A stretch of 64,000 nucleotides of DNA from Bacillales bacterium UBA3946 (GTDB lineage Bacteria > Bacillota_I > Bacilli_A > ML615J-28 > CAG-698): positions 29,371-93,370 of the forward strand of contig DGDS01000002.1 of the NCBI GenBank assembly GCA_002385575.1. The letters are read 5' to 3'. Each line of letters begins with the position of its first letter. Position 1 is the first letter of the stretch. Below are positions 1 to 9,866 of the stretch, piece by piece. The position numbers and the translations under genes are program-made. Below the pieces are notes generated by a model, which had not been told where the DNA came from, made no database searches, and was given only the letters and a program-made list of their open reading frames with translations.

Positions 1-1020
1 GACGTCTTGTCAAAGGTGGAAACGGCCATCGCCGTCTCCAGCCGTAACGCCGGCTATTCGGGGGATATCAAGACGGAATGGGATTTCGAAAAAAAGAAAA
101 TCAAAGTTGTCGAGTATAAGTATGTTGTCGATAAGATCGATCCGGAAGGCCCGGCGCGCGGGCAGATTCTGCTGGAAGAAGCGCAAGCACTGAAACCGAA
201 AGTCAAGGTCGGCAGCGAGATCAGGACGGAAATCAACCTGAACTCCTTCAGCCGGAAGGCCGCCTCGATTTTCAAGCAAAGCCTGCTGAGCGGCTTGAAG
301 GAACTGGAAAGGGAGTACGCGTACCAGTACTTCTCCGAGAAAGTCGGTGAAGTCATCAATGCGACCGTGATCGACTATAACAACGGCTTCGTGACTTTCC
401 ACATCGGAAAGAACACCGTTGCGACGATGCCGGACAAGGAAGGCCTGCCGGGAGAAAGTTTCGAACCCGGCGAAGTTAAGAAGGTCTATATCACGAAGGT
501 CGAGAAAACCACGAAAGGCCCGAAGGTCTTTTTGACGCGCGTCAACCGCGAAATCGTCAAACGGCTCTTCGAATTGGTCATCCCCGAGGTCCACGACGGG
601 TCCGTGGAGATCATGGGCATCGCCCGCGACCCCGGCGACCGGACGAAGATCGGCGTCGTTTCCCTTCAGGAAAACGTCGACCCGATCGGCGCCTGCGTCG
701 GTCAGGGCGGATTGCGCATCAAGGAAATCAACCGGCTGCTGAACAACGAGAAAATCGACATCTTTATCTGGCGGGACAATTCCGTTGATCTGATCGCCGA
801 GGCGTTGCTTCCGGCGCAATCGTTAAGTGTGATCACCGACGAGAAAAAGAAACAGGCGACGGTGATTGTGGCCGACGACCAGTATTCCCTCGCCATCGGC
901 AAGAAAGGACAGAACGCCCGTCTGGCGGCCTACGCCATCGGCTGGAAGATCGACATCAAGAAACTATCGGACGCTACCAAGGAAGGCATCGAATTCACAT
1001 ATAACGTCAAACGAAATTAG
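1..1020 (+). CDS. nusA: Transcription termination/antitermination factor NusA (5'-truncated by window edge; S1 and KH domains present)
   Basis: Translation aligns to NusA from about residue 20 onward (YITKVEKTTKGP, SLAIGKKGQNARLAA KH motifs). The frame is open from nt 1. It is followed by the conserved ylxR-ylxQ-infB order. Confidence 0.9.
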   Translation, partial: DVLSKVETAIAVSSRNAGYSGDIKTEWDFEKKKIKVVEYKYVVDKIDPEGPARGQILLEEAQALKPKVKVGSEIRTEINLNSFSRKAASIFKQSLLSGLKELEREYAYQYFSEKVGEVINATVIDYNNGFVTFHIGKNTVATMPDKEGLPGESFEPGEVKKVYITKVEKTTKGPKVFLTRVNREIVKRLFELVIPEVHDGSVEIMGIARDPGDRTKIGVVSLQENVDPIGACVGQGGLRIKEINRLLNNEKIDIFIWRDNSVDLIAEALLPAQSLSVITDEKKKQATVIVADDQYSLAIGKKGQNARLAAYAIGWKIDIKKLSDATKEGIEFTYNVKRN

Positions 1021-1308
1021 GTGTTGCTTATGAAACAAAAGAAAATACCCATCAGGCAATGCGTGGCGACCAATGACCGCTACCCGAAAAAGGAGATGTT
1101 CAGGATCGTGCGCACGCAGGATGGCAGTGTCGAAATCGACCCCACGGGCAAGCTCCGCGGCCGCGGCGCTTATCTGTCCCGGCAAAAGGAAGCGATTCTG
1201 AGGGCGAAAAAGACCAGGGTCCTGGACAAACACCTCGGAGTGAATGTTCCTCCCGAACTTTATGACCGCCTGCTGCGGTTGCTGAAGGAGGACAATGAAC
1301 AGGAGTAA
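1021..1308 (+). CDS. ylxR: YlxR/DUF448 RNA-binding protein
   Basis: 95-aa basic protein with a C-x-x-x-R motif (IRQCVATNDRYPKKEMFRIV), sitting in the conserved slot between nusA and infB. Confidence 0.8.
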   Translation: MLLMKQKKIPIRQCVATNDRYPKKEMFRIVRTQDGSVEIDPTGKLRGRGAYLSRQKEAILRAKKTRVLDKHLGVNVPPELYDRLLRLLKEDNEQE

Positions 1309-1609
1309 GGTCCTCGGTTATCTGGGTCTCGCCCGCAGGGCCAATCGATTGATTGCCGGTAGCGACGCCGCTTTATGGGCGCTGTCGCAGGGAAAGGCGC
1401 GGCTGGTCTTCATCGCAAGCGACGCCGCCCGCAACACCGTAAACAAGTTCGCGAACAAATGCCATGCCAGCAATGTGCCGATGATAAATGAATATTCAAG
1501 CGAAGAATTGTCCAAGGCGATCGGCAAAACCCTTTGCAAGGTCCTTACGGTCACCGACCGGGGGTTTTCCCAGGCGATCCTCGGACAGTTAAATGGAGGT
1601 ATTAAATGA
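1295..1609 (+). CDS. ylxQ: Ribosomal protein L7Ae-like protein (YlxQ)
   Basis: 104-aa L7Ae-family sequence (RLIAGSDAALWAL...VFIASDAA). It overlaps the ylxR stop and the infB start, as in Bacillus. Confidence 0.75.
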   Translation: MNRSKVLGYLGLARRANRLIAGSDAALWALSQGKARLVFIASDAARNTVNKFANKCHASNVPMINEYSSEELSKAIGKTLCKVLTVTDRGFSQAILGQLNGGIK

Positions 1610-3978
1610 AAGTTAGGGAAATTCTCGAGATAATTCAGGTTCCGGAAGCAGAATTATTGACAAAATTGGAGAACGTCGGAATCACAGCCGATCTGGATAC
1701 CGACATCGCCAACGACATCGTCAAGAAACTAAGCAAGGTATATAAGGTCGACATCAAGGCGGAAGCGCGGAAACAGGCCGCGGCCGCCGCAGCTAAGGAC
1801 CAGCCGGCGGTTCCGGAAGAAAAGAAAGAAGCTGCGCCGGCGCCGGAAAAACCAGCGAAAAAGCCCAGGGAACCACAAAAGCCGAAACCCAAGCAGCAAC
1901 CGGCCGGGCAGCCGCCGAAACAACCGGCGCCTACCAAAAAAACCGAGCCGGCCAAACCAAAACAAGTCGAGCCCGGGAAGAAAGGCGAGCCGGATAAGGG
2001 CAAGAAGCCCGCAGAACAGCGGAAAGCCGAACCGCCGAAAGCGCCCCGGCCGCAACAACCCGCGAAAAAGCCGGCGGATACCGAGGAACCTGAAATCGAG
2101 TTAACCAGAGTATATGACGATAAATACAACGAATACGAAAAAGAAGCCCGGGTACACGTACGCCTAAAAAATGTCAAGAAGCGCTCGAAAAAGTCGGGTC
2201 AGCGCCAGGCAAACATCCACATCCACAGCGATAACGTTCTCTATTACATCCCGGGAATGACCGTCGCCCAAATCGCTGACGCGATCAAGGTCGGCGTCGG
2301 CGACCTCGTCCGTAAACTCGTCATGATGGGATTCATGGTGAGCGCCACGCAGGCGATCGACCGCGATCTGGTCGAACTGCTTGCTGAGGAATTCTACTTC
2401 GTCCTGAAAGACAAGGCCGAGGAAGACATCACCAAATTCGAAAACATCAAGATCGATGATCCGGAGGACGCGCTTGAGGAAAGGGCGCCGATCGTCACGA
2501 TCATGGGTCATGTCGACCACGGGAAGACGACGCTTCTGGACACGATCAGGAACACCAAGGTCGCCGCAAGCGAAATGGGCGGAATCACCCAACACATCGG
2601 CGCATACCAGGTCAAGAAGAACGGACGATACATTACTTTCATCGACACTCCGGGCCACGCCGCTTTCACAGAAATGCGGGCGCGGGGCGCGATGGTGACC
2701 GATATCGTGGTTTTGGTCGTGGCGGCCGATGATGGCGTCATGCCCCAGACCAAGGAAGCGATCGATCACGCGCGCGCAGCCAAGGTGCCGATCATCGTGG
2801 CGATCAATAAGATCGACAAGCCCAACGTCAATCCCGACCGCATCAAGCAGGAACTGAGCGAATACGACCTGCTCCCTGAAGAATGGGGCGGGAAAACGAT
2901 CTACGTCCACATTTCGGCGTTGACCGGACAGGGCGTCGACGATCTGCTGGAAATGATCCTGCTTACCGCCGATATGGAAAACTTCCGCGCCAATCCCAAC
3001 CGCCTTGGCATGGGAACCGTGATCGAAGCGAAACTCGACCGCGGCCGCGGTCCGGTCGCGACCCTGCTCGTCAAGAACGGCACGATCAAGATTGGCGACC
3101 CGATCGTCGTGGGCAACACCTACGGGAAGATCCGAGCGATGCAGGATGAGACACGGGCGAAACTGAAATCGGCCGGACCTTCGAAGGCGGTCGAGATCAC
3201 AGGTTTGAACGCCGTCCCGCAGGCCGGCGACCAGTTCATGGTCTTCGAAGACGAGAAGACGGTCCGCCTGATTGCCGAGGAACGGGCGAAACGCGCGTTT
3301 GAAAAAGAAATGGGCGTCGGGAAGCCGATCCAGCTGGCGAACCTTTTCGACAACCTCGGCCAGACCGCCAAGGAATTAAACCTGATCATCAAGGGCGACG
3401 TCCACGGTTCAATCGAGGCGCTTCAGGGCGCTTTGGAGAAAATCAATGTTGAGGGCGTCAAGGTCAACGTCGTTCGAGCCAGCGTCGGCGGCGTGACCGA
3501 AAACGACATCAACCTCGCCGTCGCCTCGAAGGCGGTCATCATTGCCTTCAACGTCCGCGCCGCGGCGCAGATCAGCGAATACGCCAAGGAAAAAGAAATC
3601 GAGATCCGCTATTACAATATCATTTATAAACTGCTCGAAGACATTGAGGCCGCCCTTACCGGGATGCTCGAACCGGTCTTTGAGGAGAAGATCGTCGGCC
3701 AGGCCGAGGTCCGCGATACCTTCAAGGCCTCGAAACTGGGGACGATCGCCGGTTGCTACGTTACCGACGGCCTGATCGGCCGGAACAACGATGTCCGGCT
3801 CATCCGCGATTCGATCGTGGTTTTCGAAGGCAAAATCGCCTCGCTGCGTCGTTTCAAGGACGATGTCCGGGAAGTGAAAGCCGGGTATGAATGCGGGATT
3901 CTGATCGAAAACTATAACGACATCAAAGTCGGCGACATCATCGAAGCCTACGTAATGGAAAAAGTAAAGCGGGTGTGA
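1606..3978 (+). CDS. infB: Translation initiation factor IF-2
   Basis: 790 aa with a G domain ([21 protein letters not shown]) and a K/P/E-rich N-terminal linker. GGAGG RBS at about 1593. Confidence 0.95.
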   Translation: MKVREILEIIQVPEAELLTKLENVGITADLDTDIANDIVKKLSKVYKVDIKAEARKQAAAAAAKDQPAVPEEKKEAAPAPEKPAKKPREPQKPKPKQQPAGQPPKQPAPTKKTEPAKPKQVEPGKKGEPDKGKKPAEQRKAEPPKAPRPQQPAKKPADTEEPEIELTRVYDDKYNEYEKEARVHVRLKNVKKRSKKSGQRQANIHIHSDNVLYYIPGMTVAQIADAIKVGVGDLVRKLVMMGFMVSATQAIDRDLVELLAEEFYFVLKDKAEEDITKFENIKIDDPEDALEERAPIVTIMGHVDHGKTTLLDTIRNTKVAASEMGGITQHIGAYQVKKNGRYITFIDTPGHAAFTEMRARGAMVTDIVVLVVAADDGVMPQTKEAIDHARAAKVPIIVAINKIDKPNVNPDRIKQELSEYDLLPEEWGGKTIYVHISALTGQGVDDLLEMILLTADMENFRANPNRLGMGTVIEAKLDRGRGPVATLLVKNGTIKIGDPIVVGNTYGKIRAMQDETRAKLKSAGPSKAVEITGLNAVPQAGDQFMVFEDEKTVRLIAEERAKRAFEKEMGVGKPIQLANLFDNLGQTAKELNLIIKGDVHGSIEALQGALEKINVEGVKVNVVRASVGGVTENDINLAVASKAVIIAFNVRAAAQISEYAKEKEIEIRYYNIIYKLLEDIEAALTGMLEPVFEEKIVGQAEVRDTFKASKLGTIAGCYVTDGLIGRNNDVRLIRDSIVVFEGKIASLRRFKDDVREVKAGYECGILIENYNDIKVGDIIEAYVMEKVKRV

Positions 3979-4322
3979 ACATGAGCTATAAGCAGGAAAG
4001 GTTGGAAAAAATCATCGAGAGGGAGCTGGGCAACATCATCCTTTCGGAAGTCAGGGACGAACGGCTGAAGTTCGTTACCATCACGAAAGTGACGCTGACG
4101 AACGATTATTCCTACGCGACCGTTCATTTCCGCGTCCTCGGCAACGAAAGGCAGATTGAGGCGACCTCGCAGACTTTCGAAGAGGCGAAAGGTTATATCA
4201 AGACCCTCCTCAGCAAGAAGATCAAGATGCGCAAAGTCCCGGAACTGCGTTTCAAATACGATACCTCGCTGGAGTACGGAAACCGTATCGAGCAAATCCT
4301 CAAGAATCTGGACAATCAGTAA
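3975..4322 (+). CDS. rbfA: Ribosome-binding factor A
   Basis: 115-aa RbfA-like sequence directly after infB. An alternative ATG start lies at 3981. Confidence 0.85.
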   Translation: MNMSYKQERLEKIIERELGNIILSEVRDERLKFVTITKVTLTNDYSYATVHFRVLGNERQIEATSQTFEEAKGYIKTLLSKKIKMRKVPELRFKYDTSLEYGNRIEQILKNLDNQ

Positions 4323-4334
4323 CCGGTCGGGACC

Positions 4335-6074
4335 ATGACGAGGCTGCAGGAAAAACTGAACTCCTTGCCGAAAAAGCCTGGCTGCTATCTGATGTACAAC
4401 CAGGCGCGGGAGATCATCTACGTCGGCAAGGCCAAAAACCTCTTCAACCGCGTAAAATCATATTTTACCGGCGTTCACGACGCCAAAACGACGAAACTGG
4501 TCGAAAACATCGCCGATTTCGAATACATCATCACCTCGTCGGAAAAGGAAGCGTTCATCCTCGAGATGAACCTGATCAAGAAACATAACCCGAAATACAA
4601 CATCATGTTCACCGACGATAAAAAATATCCTTATATCGCGATTGGATCCGACCAGTACCCGCGGCTGTATTACACGCGTGACATCAAGAAAAAGGGGAAG
4701 TACTTCGGCCCTTATCCGCACGCGGCCGCCGCGAAGGAAATCGTCGAACTGCTGAACCGGATCTATCCGCTGCGCAAGTGCCGCATCATTCCGAAGAAGG
4801 AATGTCTTTATTATCATCTCGGGCAATGCCTGGCCCCCTGCATCAACGAGGTTTCCGAAGAAGAATACCAGATGATGCTGGATGAGATTGCCGTCTTTCT
4901 TAACGGCAACTCCAAAGCATTGGAGCAGAAACTTGATAGTAAGATGCGCCTGGCGGCGGACAATCTGCAGTTTGAGAAAGCGCTCGAATACCGGCAGATG
5001 CTCGAAAGTCTGAAAACGGTCGCCGAGAAACAAGTGATGGAAATGAGGATCAAGGATACCGATGTATTTTCTTATCATTGCGATGGGCAGTACGTCGGCA
5101 TCCAGGTCTTCCACATCCGCAGTGAGAAAACGATCGGCAGCGACGATTACCTGTTCGAACTGATGGGCGAACCGGAAGAGATCTTCATCAATTTCATCGG
5201 CCAGTTTTACATTACCCATAACAACCCCCTTCCCCGGGAGATCCTGCTGCCGCCGGTGGACCTTTCTGGCCTTGACGAGGAAATAAGGAACCGGATCGTC
5301 ATCCCCAAACGCGGGCAGAAGAAAAAATACGTCGACCTGGTGACGGAAAACGCCCGGGAAAAGTTAGCGCAGCTTTTGAAAATCAGGAAGAAGAAACTGG
5401 AGAAGACGCTCGGCGCCGTAAACGAACTGAGCGAACTTTTGGGCATCAAGCCGCCCCTTTACATCGAGGCGTTCGATGTTTCCAACATTCAGGGATCGTA
5501 CTCCGTCGGCGCGATGGTCGCCTATCTTGACGGCGCCCCTTCCCGCAAAAATTATCGCAAGTATCGGATCAAGACGGTCAGCGGCGCCGACGACGTCCAC
5601 TCGATGTATGAAATCGTCACCCGGCGATACCGGCGGTTACGCGACGAGGGCGCGCGCCTGCCCGACCTCGTCATCGTCGACGGCGGCCGGCCACAGGTGG
5701 ACAGCGCCGAAAGGGCTCTCACCGCCCTGGAACTTGAGATCCCCGTTCTCGGTCTCGGCAAGGATGACCGTCATCGGACGTCGTATCTGGTGTTCAGGGG
5801 CGGGGAAATCCATCCCGACAAAAAGTCCAATGCGTTTTTCTTCCTGGAAAACCTTCAGGACGAAGTGCATCGCTTCGCCATCACTTTTTACCGGCAGACC
5901 CATTCCCGCGCCGTCCTGGCGTCGAAACTGGATGCGATCAAAGGCATCGGCAAGGTCCGGAAGAAGCAGATCCTCGCGCTTCTGAAGGAAGCCGATCGCG
6001 AGAATCTTGAAAGCCGGTTGAAAGAACTGCATCTTACCGACGAACAAATACAAGAAATAAAAAAAGTGGTGTAG
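4335..6074 (+). CDS. uvrC: Excinuclease ABC subunit C
   Basis: N-terminal GIY-YIG domain (GCYLMYN...IYVGKAKNL), a UvrBC-interaction region and a C-terminal RNase H-like/HhH region. 579 aa. Confidence 0.9.
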   Translation: MTRLQEKLNSLPKKPGCYLMYNQAREIIYVGKAKNLFNRVKSYFTGVHDAKTTKLVENIADFEYIITSSEKEAFILEMNLIKKHNPKYNIMFTDDKKYPYIAIGSDQYPRLYYTRDIKKKGKYFGPYPHAAAAKEIVELLNRIYPLRKCRIIPKKECLYYHLGQCLAPCINEVSEEEYQMMLDEIAVFLNGNSKALEQKLDSKMRLAADNLQFEKALEYRQMLESLKTVAEKQVMEMRIKDTDVFSYHCDGQYVGIQVFHIRSEKTIGSDDYLFELMGEPEEIFINFIGQFYITHNNPLPREILLPPVDLSGLDEEIRNRIVIPKRGQKKKYVDLVTENAREKLAQLLKIRKKKLEKTLGAVNELSELLGIKPPLYIEAFDVSNIQGSYSVGAMVAYLDGAPSRKNYRKYRIKTVSGADDVHSMYEIVTRRYRRLRDEGARLPDLVIVDGGRPQVDSAERALTALELEIPVLGLGKDDRHRTSYLVFRGGEIHPDKKSNAFFFLENLQDEVHRFAITFYRQTHSRAVLASKLDAIKGIGKVRKKQILALLKEADRENLESRLKELHLTDEQIQEIKKVV

Positions 6075-6076
6075 TG

Positions 6077-6103
6077 ACCTCCTATTCCTTTCTGCATATT
6101 ATA
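6077..6103 (+). promoter_or_regulatory. Putative sigma-K-type promoter for gerE (AC-16 nt-CATATTATA)
   Basis: Seen in sequence: AC at about 6077 and CATATTATA at about 6095-6103, with a GGAGG RBS at about 6118 and ATG at 6130. The Bacillus sigma-K consensus is AC-16/17-CATAnnnTA, and gerE is sigma-K dependent in B. subtilis. Confidence 0.45.
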
Positions 6104-6129
6104 ATAATGGATAATATAGGAGGGATAGC

Positions 6130-6348
6130 ATGTATGCACAAAAATTTCTAACAAACCGGGAAAGAGAAATATTCAAACTATTGATTGCCAACTATGACAC
6201 GACAGAAATCGCGGAAAAACTGAAGATCAGCGAGAAAACTGTTAGAAACCATATATCCAACGTCATTCAGAAACTGGGCGTTAAGGGACGCAGTCAAGCC
6301 ATATTGGAATTAATCCGGATCAAAGAATTATCGCTTGATAATAAATAA
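6130..6348 (+). CDS. gerE: Sporulation transcription regulator GerE (LuxR/FixJ-type HTH, 72 aa)
   Basis: Near-identity to the B. subtilis GerE core: TNREREIFKLL...ISEKTVRNHISN..QKLGVKGRSQAILELIRIKEL. Confidence 0.85.
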   Translation: MYAQKFLTNREREIFKLLIANYDTTEIAEKLKISEKTVRNHISNVIQKLGVKGRSQAILELIRIKELSLDNK

Positions 6349-7213
6349 CGAAAGGATTAGCATGAAAGTTTACGGTAAAATCGTCAAGACGCTTCCCAAG
6401 GAAAGGATCATCAAGGTTCTAGGACAAAACAAGATCCACTATTTATACATGTCGCGGAAGTTCTTCAAGGATTTCGGACCATATTTTTATTACAACCCCT
6501 ATGTCTTCGTCAACGTCAGCGCCGAGAAAAAGCAGTTCGGGGATTACCACTGCCAGGAAATCGATTCCTTCAACAAGATCGTGCAAAGCACCAAGCGCGA
6601 AAAAATCGTATATTACAACCTGGACGCAATCAAGAAAGGGGTAAGGAACCTCCTGCTCAACACCAAAAACAAGATGTTTCTGGACCTGGAGTATTCCCTT
6701 CCCCCGTATTACCAGACGTTCAACCACGTCGCCGAGATCGTGCAGTACGGAATCGTTATCGAAGACGAGAACGGAAACATCGTTTTCGAGGACGGCGCCC
6801 TGGTGAAGCCCCAAAAAAAATACGCCCTGAACCGGCGCACGTTGAAATTCATCAACAGGAAAGCGGAGGATTTCGACAACGCCTGCACGTACGGCGAGTT
6901 TTACAACCTGATCAAGTGGTGCATCGCCAAGTACGACGTGAAGATCATCGCCTGGGGGCGGAATGACATCCTTGCCCTGGAAAACTCCTTCAAGATCAAC
7001 CGCATCAACGACCTTGACATCAGGAACCGTTATGTCAACTTCATGCAGGTCATTAAAAACTATTACAACATCAAAACCGACCTTGGTCTTTTTAACACCT
7101 ACCAGGAAATAAGCGGTGTCGTCATGGAGCCGCAGAAACACGACGCCCTTGAGGACGCGATGCTCGTGCGGGAGATTTACCGGATCTTCAAAGAAAAGGT
7201 CTTGAGCGAATGA
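6335..7213 (+). CDS. DEDDh 3'-5' exonuclease, KapD-like, with an unrecognised ~105-aa N-terminal extension
   Basis: Exo I FLDLEYS, Exo II IAWGRNDILAL, Exo III HDALEDAML. The whole C-terminal domain is co-linear with B. subtilis KapD. The start overlaps the gerE stop by 14 nt, which implies translational coupling. Confidence 0.7.
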   Translation: MIINNERISMKVYGKIVKTLPKERIIKVLGQNKIHYLYMSRKFFKDFGPYFYYNPYVFVNVSAEKKQFGDYHCQEIDSFNKIVQSTKREKIVYYNLDAIKKGVRNLLLNTKNKMFLDLEYSLPPYYQTFNHVAEIVQYGIVIEDENGNIVFEDGALVKPQKKYALNRRTLKFINRKAEDFDNACTYGEFYNLIKWCIAKYDVKIIAWGRNDILALENSFKINRINDLDIRNRYVNFMQVIKNYYNIKTDLGLFNTYQEISGVVMEPQKHDALEDAMLVREIYRIFKEKVLSE

Positions 7214-7230
7214 CTTACCGTAACAAGAGT

Positions 7231-7270
7231 AAAAAAACAGTCAAGTTCAAAAGCGAACTTGACTGTTTTT
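7231..7270. terminator. Bidirectional rho-independent terminator between the KapD-like gene and rnj
   Basis: 12-bp perfect stem ACAGTCAAGTTC/GAACTTGACTGT, flanked by an A-run on one side and a T-run on the other. Confidence 0.7.
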
Positions 7271-8963
7271 AATAATTCATGATAACCGGGATGATCATCG
7301 GCCGTTTTTCCGTTTTCTCGTAAATGTAGTTGCCCAGTTCATGGGTGATAATGTTGTTCAGGTAGTTGGCGTGGAACCGTTTGGTGGAACGGAAATAGTC
7401 GTTGTAGATCTGTTCGGCGCGGCTTTCGATCTCGGACAGCAGCGCTTCCGAATCCTTCAGGTATATGAAGCCGCGGCTAACGACGTTGGGTTTCTTCGTC
7501 AGTTTCCGGTTCTTCGCCGTAAAGACGATCGCGACCATCCCGTCGTCAGAAAGGATCTTCCGCTCCTTGATGACGGTGTTGTCGATGTCAAAACGGTCGG
7601 AATCGATATAAATGCTTCCCGACTGGACGGCGTAATGGGAGAACACCTTGTTCTCGCTGAAGGTCAGAACTTCGCCGTTGTCGAGGATGTGGCAATTTTC
7701 CGGAGCGACCCCGGTCTCCACGGCCAGCTGGGCGTGGCGCTTGAGCATCGAGTAGAGCCCGTGGATTGGCATGAAATGTTTCGGTTTGGTGAGCGAAAGC
7801 ATGATCATCAATTCGGTCTCGCCGGCGTGTCCCGAGGTATGGGTGTCGGTGAGCGGACTGTTGACGATGACGTTGCATCCGGCTTTGTAAAGCTTATTGA
7901 TGATCCGGTTGATCGCCTCCTGGTTGCCCGGGATCGGGGAAGAGGAAAAGACGATCGTGTCGCCGGGGATGATCTTGATATGGCTGTGGCTCCCGTCGGC
8001 GATCCGCGACAGCGCCGCCAAAGGTTCGCCCTGGGAACCGGTGCTGAGGACGGTGATCTCGTTAGGCGGAAGGTTTTTAAACTCCTTCACCGTCACAAAC
8101 GTCCCGCGGGGTGCGTTGATGTACTTGTATTTCTGACTCACGGCGATCGTTTTTTCCATGCTCCGTCCGAAGACGATGACCTTGCGATTGTGCGCGATGC
8201 TGGCGTCGACGATTTGCTTGACGCGGTGAACGTTGGAGGCAAAGGTCGAGATGATGATCCGCCCGCTGATGTTGCCGAAGATGGTTTTGATGCTTTCGCC
8301 GATCTTTTTTTCCGAGGAGGAAAACTTGCTGATGTGGGCGTTCGTCGAATCGGAAAGCAGACACAACACTCCCGCTTCGGCGTAACGGGTCAGCTTGCCG
8401 TAGTCGGCGTGTTCGGTGAGTGGGTTGAAATCGAATTTGAAATCCCCGGTGTGGAGGATGTATCCCAAGCGCGTCTTGATGGCGATGCCCGAGGAATCGG
8501 GGATGCTGTGGACGGTGCGGAAAAACGACACCTCGAAGTTTTTGAATTTATAAATGGAGTCGTTGTCGTATTCGATAATGTTGATCGGGATATTGCTGAA
8601 TTCGGCCATCTTGATCTTGATGAGATTCACGGCAAGCCCGCTTGCGTAGACGGCCGGAATCTTCACATCGCGCAAAAGGTAGGGGATGCCGCCGATGTGG
8701 TCCTCGTGTCCGTGGGTTATGAAAAGGCCGACGATTTTGTCTTCGTTGTTTTTCAGGTAGGTGTAATCGGGGATGATGTAGTCGACCCCGTAGTTGTTGT
8801 CGGGAAACATGATGCCGGAATCGATGATGATGATCTCATCCTCGCATTCGATGACGTACATGTTTTTCCCGATTTCGTCGAGACCGCCCAACGCGAAAAC
8901 CTTGATATTGTCATCGTTGAAACGCTCGATGATCGGGCGGCTTTTTTTCGTGTTTCTATTCAT
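7269..8963 (-). CDS. rnj: Ribonuclease J (metallo-beta-lactamase/beta-CASP RNase)
   Basis: HGHEDHIGG motif and beta-CASP and C-terminal domains. The likely start is ATG at 8963 (MNRNTKK, with an AAGGAG RBS) rather than the ORF-track start at 9035. Confidence 0.9.
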   Translation of the reverse strand: MNRNTKKSRPIIERFNDDNIKVFALGGLDEIGKNMYVIECEDEIIIIDSGIMFPDNNYGVDYIIPDYTYLKNNEDKIVGLFITHGHEDHIGGIPYLLRDVKIPAVYASGLAVNLIKIKMAEFSNIPINIIEYDNDSIYKFKNFEVSFFRTVHSIPDSSGIAIKTRLGYILHTGDFKFDFNPLTEHADYGKLTRYAEAGVLCLLSDSTNAHISKFSSSEKKIGESIKTIFGNISGRIIISTFASNVHRVKQIVDASIAHNRKVIVFGRSMEKTIAVSQKYKYINAPRGTFVTVKEFKNLPPNEITVLSTGSQGEPLAALSRIADGSHSHIKIIPGDTIVFSSSPIPGNQEAINRIINKLYKAGCNVIVNSPLTDTHTSGHAGETELMIMLSLTKPKHFMPIHGLYSMLKRHAQLAVETGVAPENCHILDNGEVLTFSENKVFSHYAVQSGSIYIDSDRFDIDNTVIKERKILSDDGMVAIVFTAKNRKLTKKPNVVSRGFIYLKDSEALLSEIESRAEQIYNDYFRSTKRFHANYLNNIITHELGNYIYEKTEKRPMIIPVIMNY

Positions 8964-9065
8964 TTTCCTTATCTCCTTAAACAAAAAGTGATGGTTTGCC
9001 GGAAAAGTTGTTTTTCCAAGCGGATTGTGATACAATTCAATCTGGATTTAGAAAGCGAGTAGGAT

Positions 9066-9830
9066 ATGCTGTTTTTATTTGATATCGATGGGACGTTATT
9101 TGACAATCAAAACCGCATCGTGCCGGATTCGACCATCAAGGCGCTGCGCGAACTGAAGAAAAACCACCAGATCGGGATCGCCACCGGACGGGCCGGATTC
9201 ATGCTTTACGCGGTAGAGGAAATCGTCGACCTGGTCGACTATTTCGTTTTGATCAACGGTCAAATTGTGAAAGCCGGGGATAAGACGATTTTTTCGGAGC
9301 CGATCGATACCGGTTTGATCGCTGCGCTCGTAAAAGACTTTGAAAAATTCAACCTGGCGTATGGTTTCGAAGGGGAAAAGGACGAGGCCATCAGCCGGGT
9401 CGACGACAACGTCGTCGATTCTTTCGCGGTCCTGGACTTGCATTTACCGCCGGTGAATAAAAACTATTTCCGGGAGCGGGAGGTGTACCAGGTCTGGGTT
9501 TTCTGCACGCCGGAGATGGCTGATGAACTCAGACGCGCGCACCCTTACTTCCAATTCATCCGCTGGTTTGATCGCGGTTATGACGTCTTGCCCGTCACCG
9601 CTTCGAAGGGCGCGGCTGTGAAAAGGTTGATAAATCATCTTGGAATCGATGCAAGCGACGTCGTTGCTTTTGGCGACGGCGATAACGATTACGAGATGAT
9701 CGCGGAAGCCGGCATCGGCATCGCGATGGGAAACGCCTCGGAAAAAGTAAAGGCCGTGGCCGATTACGTGACTGCTCCCGTGGATGCGGACGGCTTGTAC
9801 AAGGCTCTGAAACATTTTAAATTCATTTAA
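9066..9830 (+). CDS. HAD-superfamily Cof-type phosphatase
   Basis: Motif I FLFDIDGTL, a motif II Thr, and motif IV GDGDND. Confidence 0.8.
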   Translation: MLFLFDIDGTLFDNQNRIVPDSTIKALRELKKNHQIGIATGRAGFMLYAVEEIVDLVDYFVLINGQIVKAGDKTIFSEPIDTGLIAALVKDFEKFNLAYGFEGEKDEAISRVDDNVVDSFAVLDLHLPPVNKNYFREREVYQVWVFCTPEMADELRRAHPYFQFIRWFDRGYDVLPVTASKGAAVKRLINHLGIDASDVVAFGDGDNDYEMIAEAGIGIAMGNASEKVKAVADYVTAPVDADGLYKALKHFKFI

Positions 9831-9866
9831 CGCGCGATTAGTCAATTCTCGACCCGGATCCGGGGT

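Noticed and set aside
6130-7213. The AT-richer gerE/exonuclease segment as a horizontally acquired island or mobile element.
   Set aside because: No integrase, transposase or flanking repeats are present. gerE is a core sporulation gene, and the codon usage resembles the neighbouring genes.
7341-9062. 573-aa plus-strand ORF antisense to rnj. Similar long antisense ORFs occur at 14258-16042, 10593-11174, 2164-2910, 29057-30154, 57162-58163 and 61249-62472.
   Set aside because: These are shadow ORFs, typical of GC-rich third-position coding DNA on the opposite strand. They are Asp/Arg/Gly-rich with no motifs and no RBS, and each lies entirely inside a well-supported gene.
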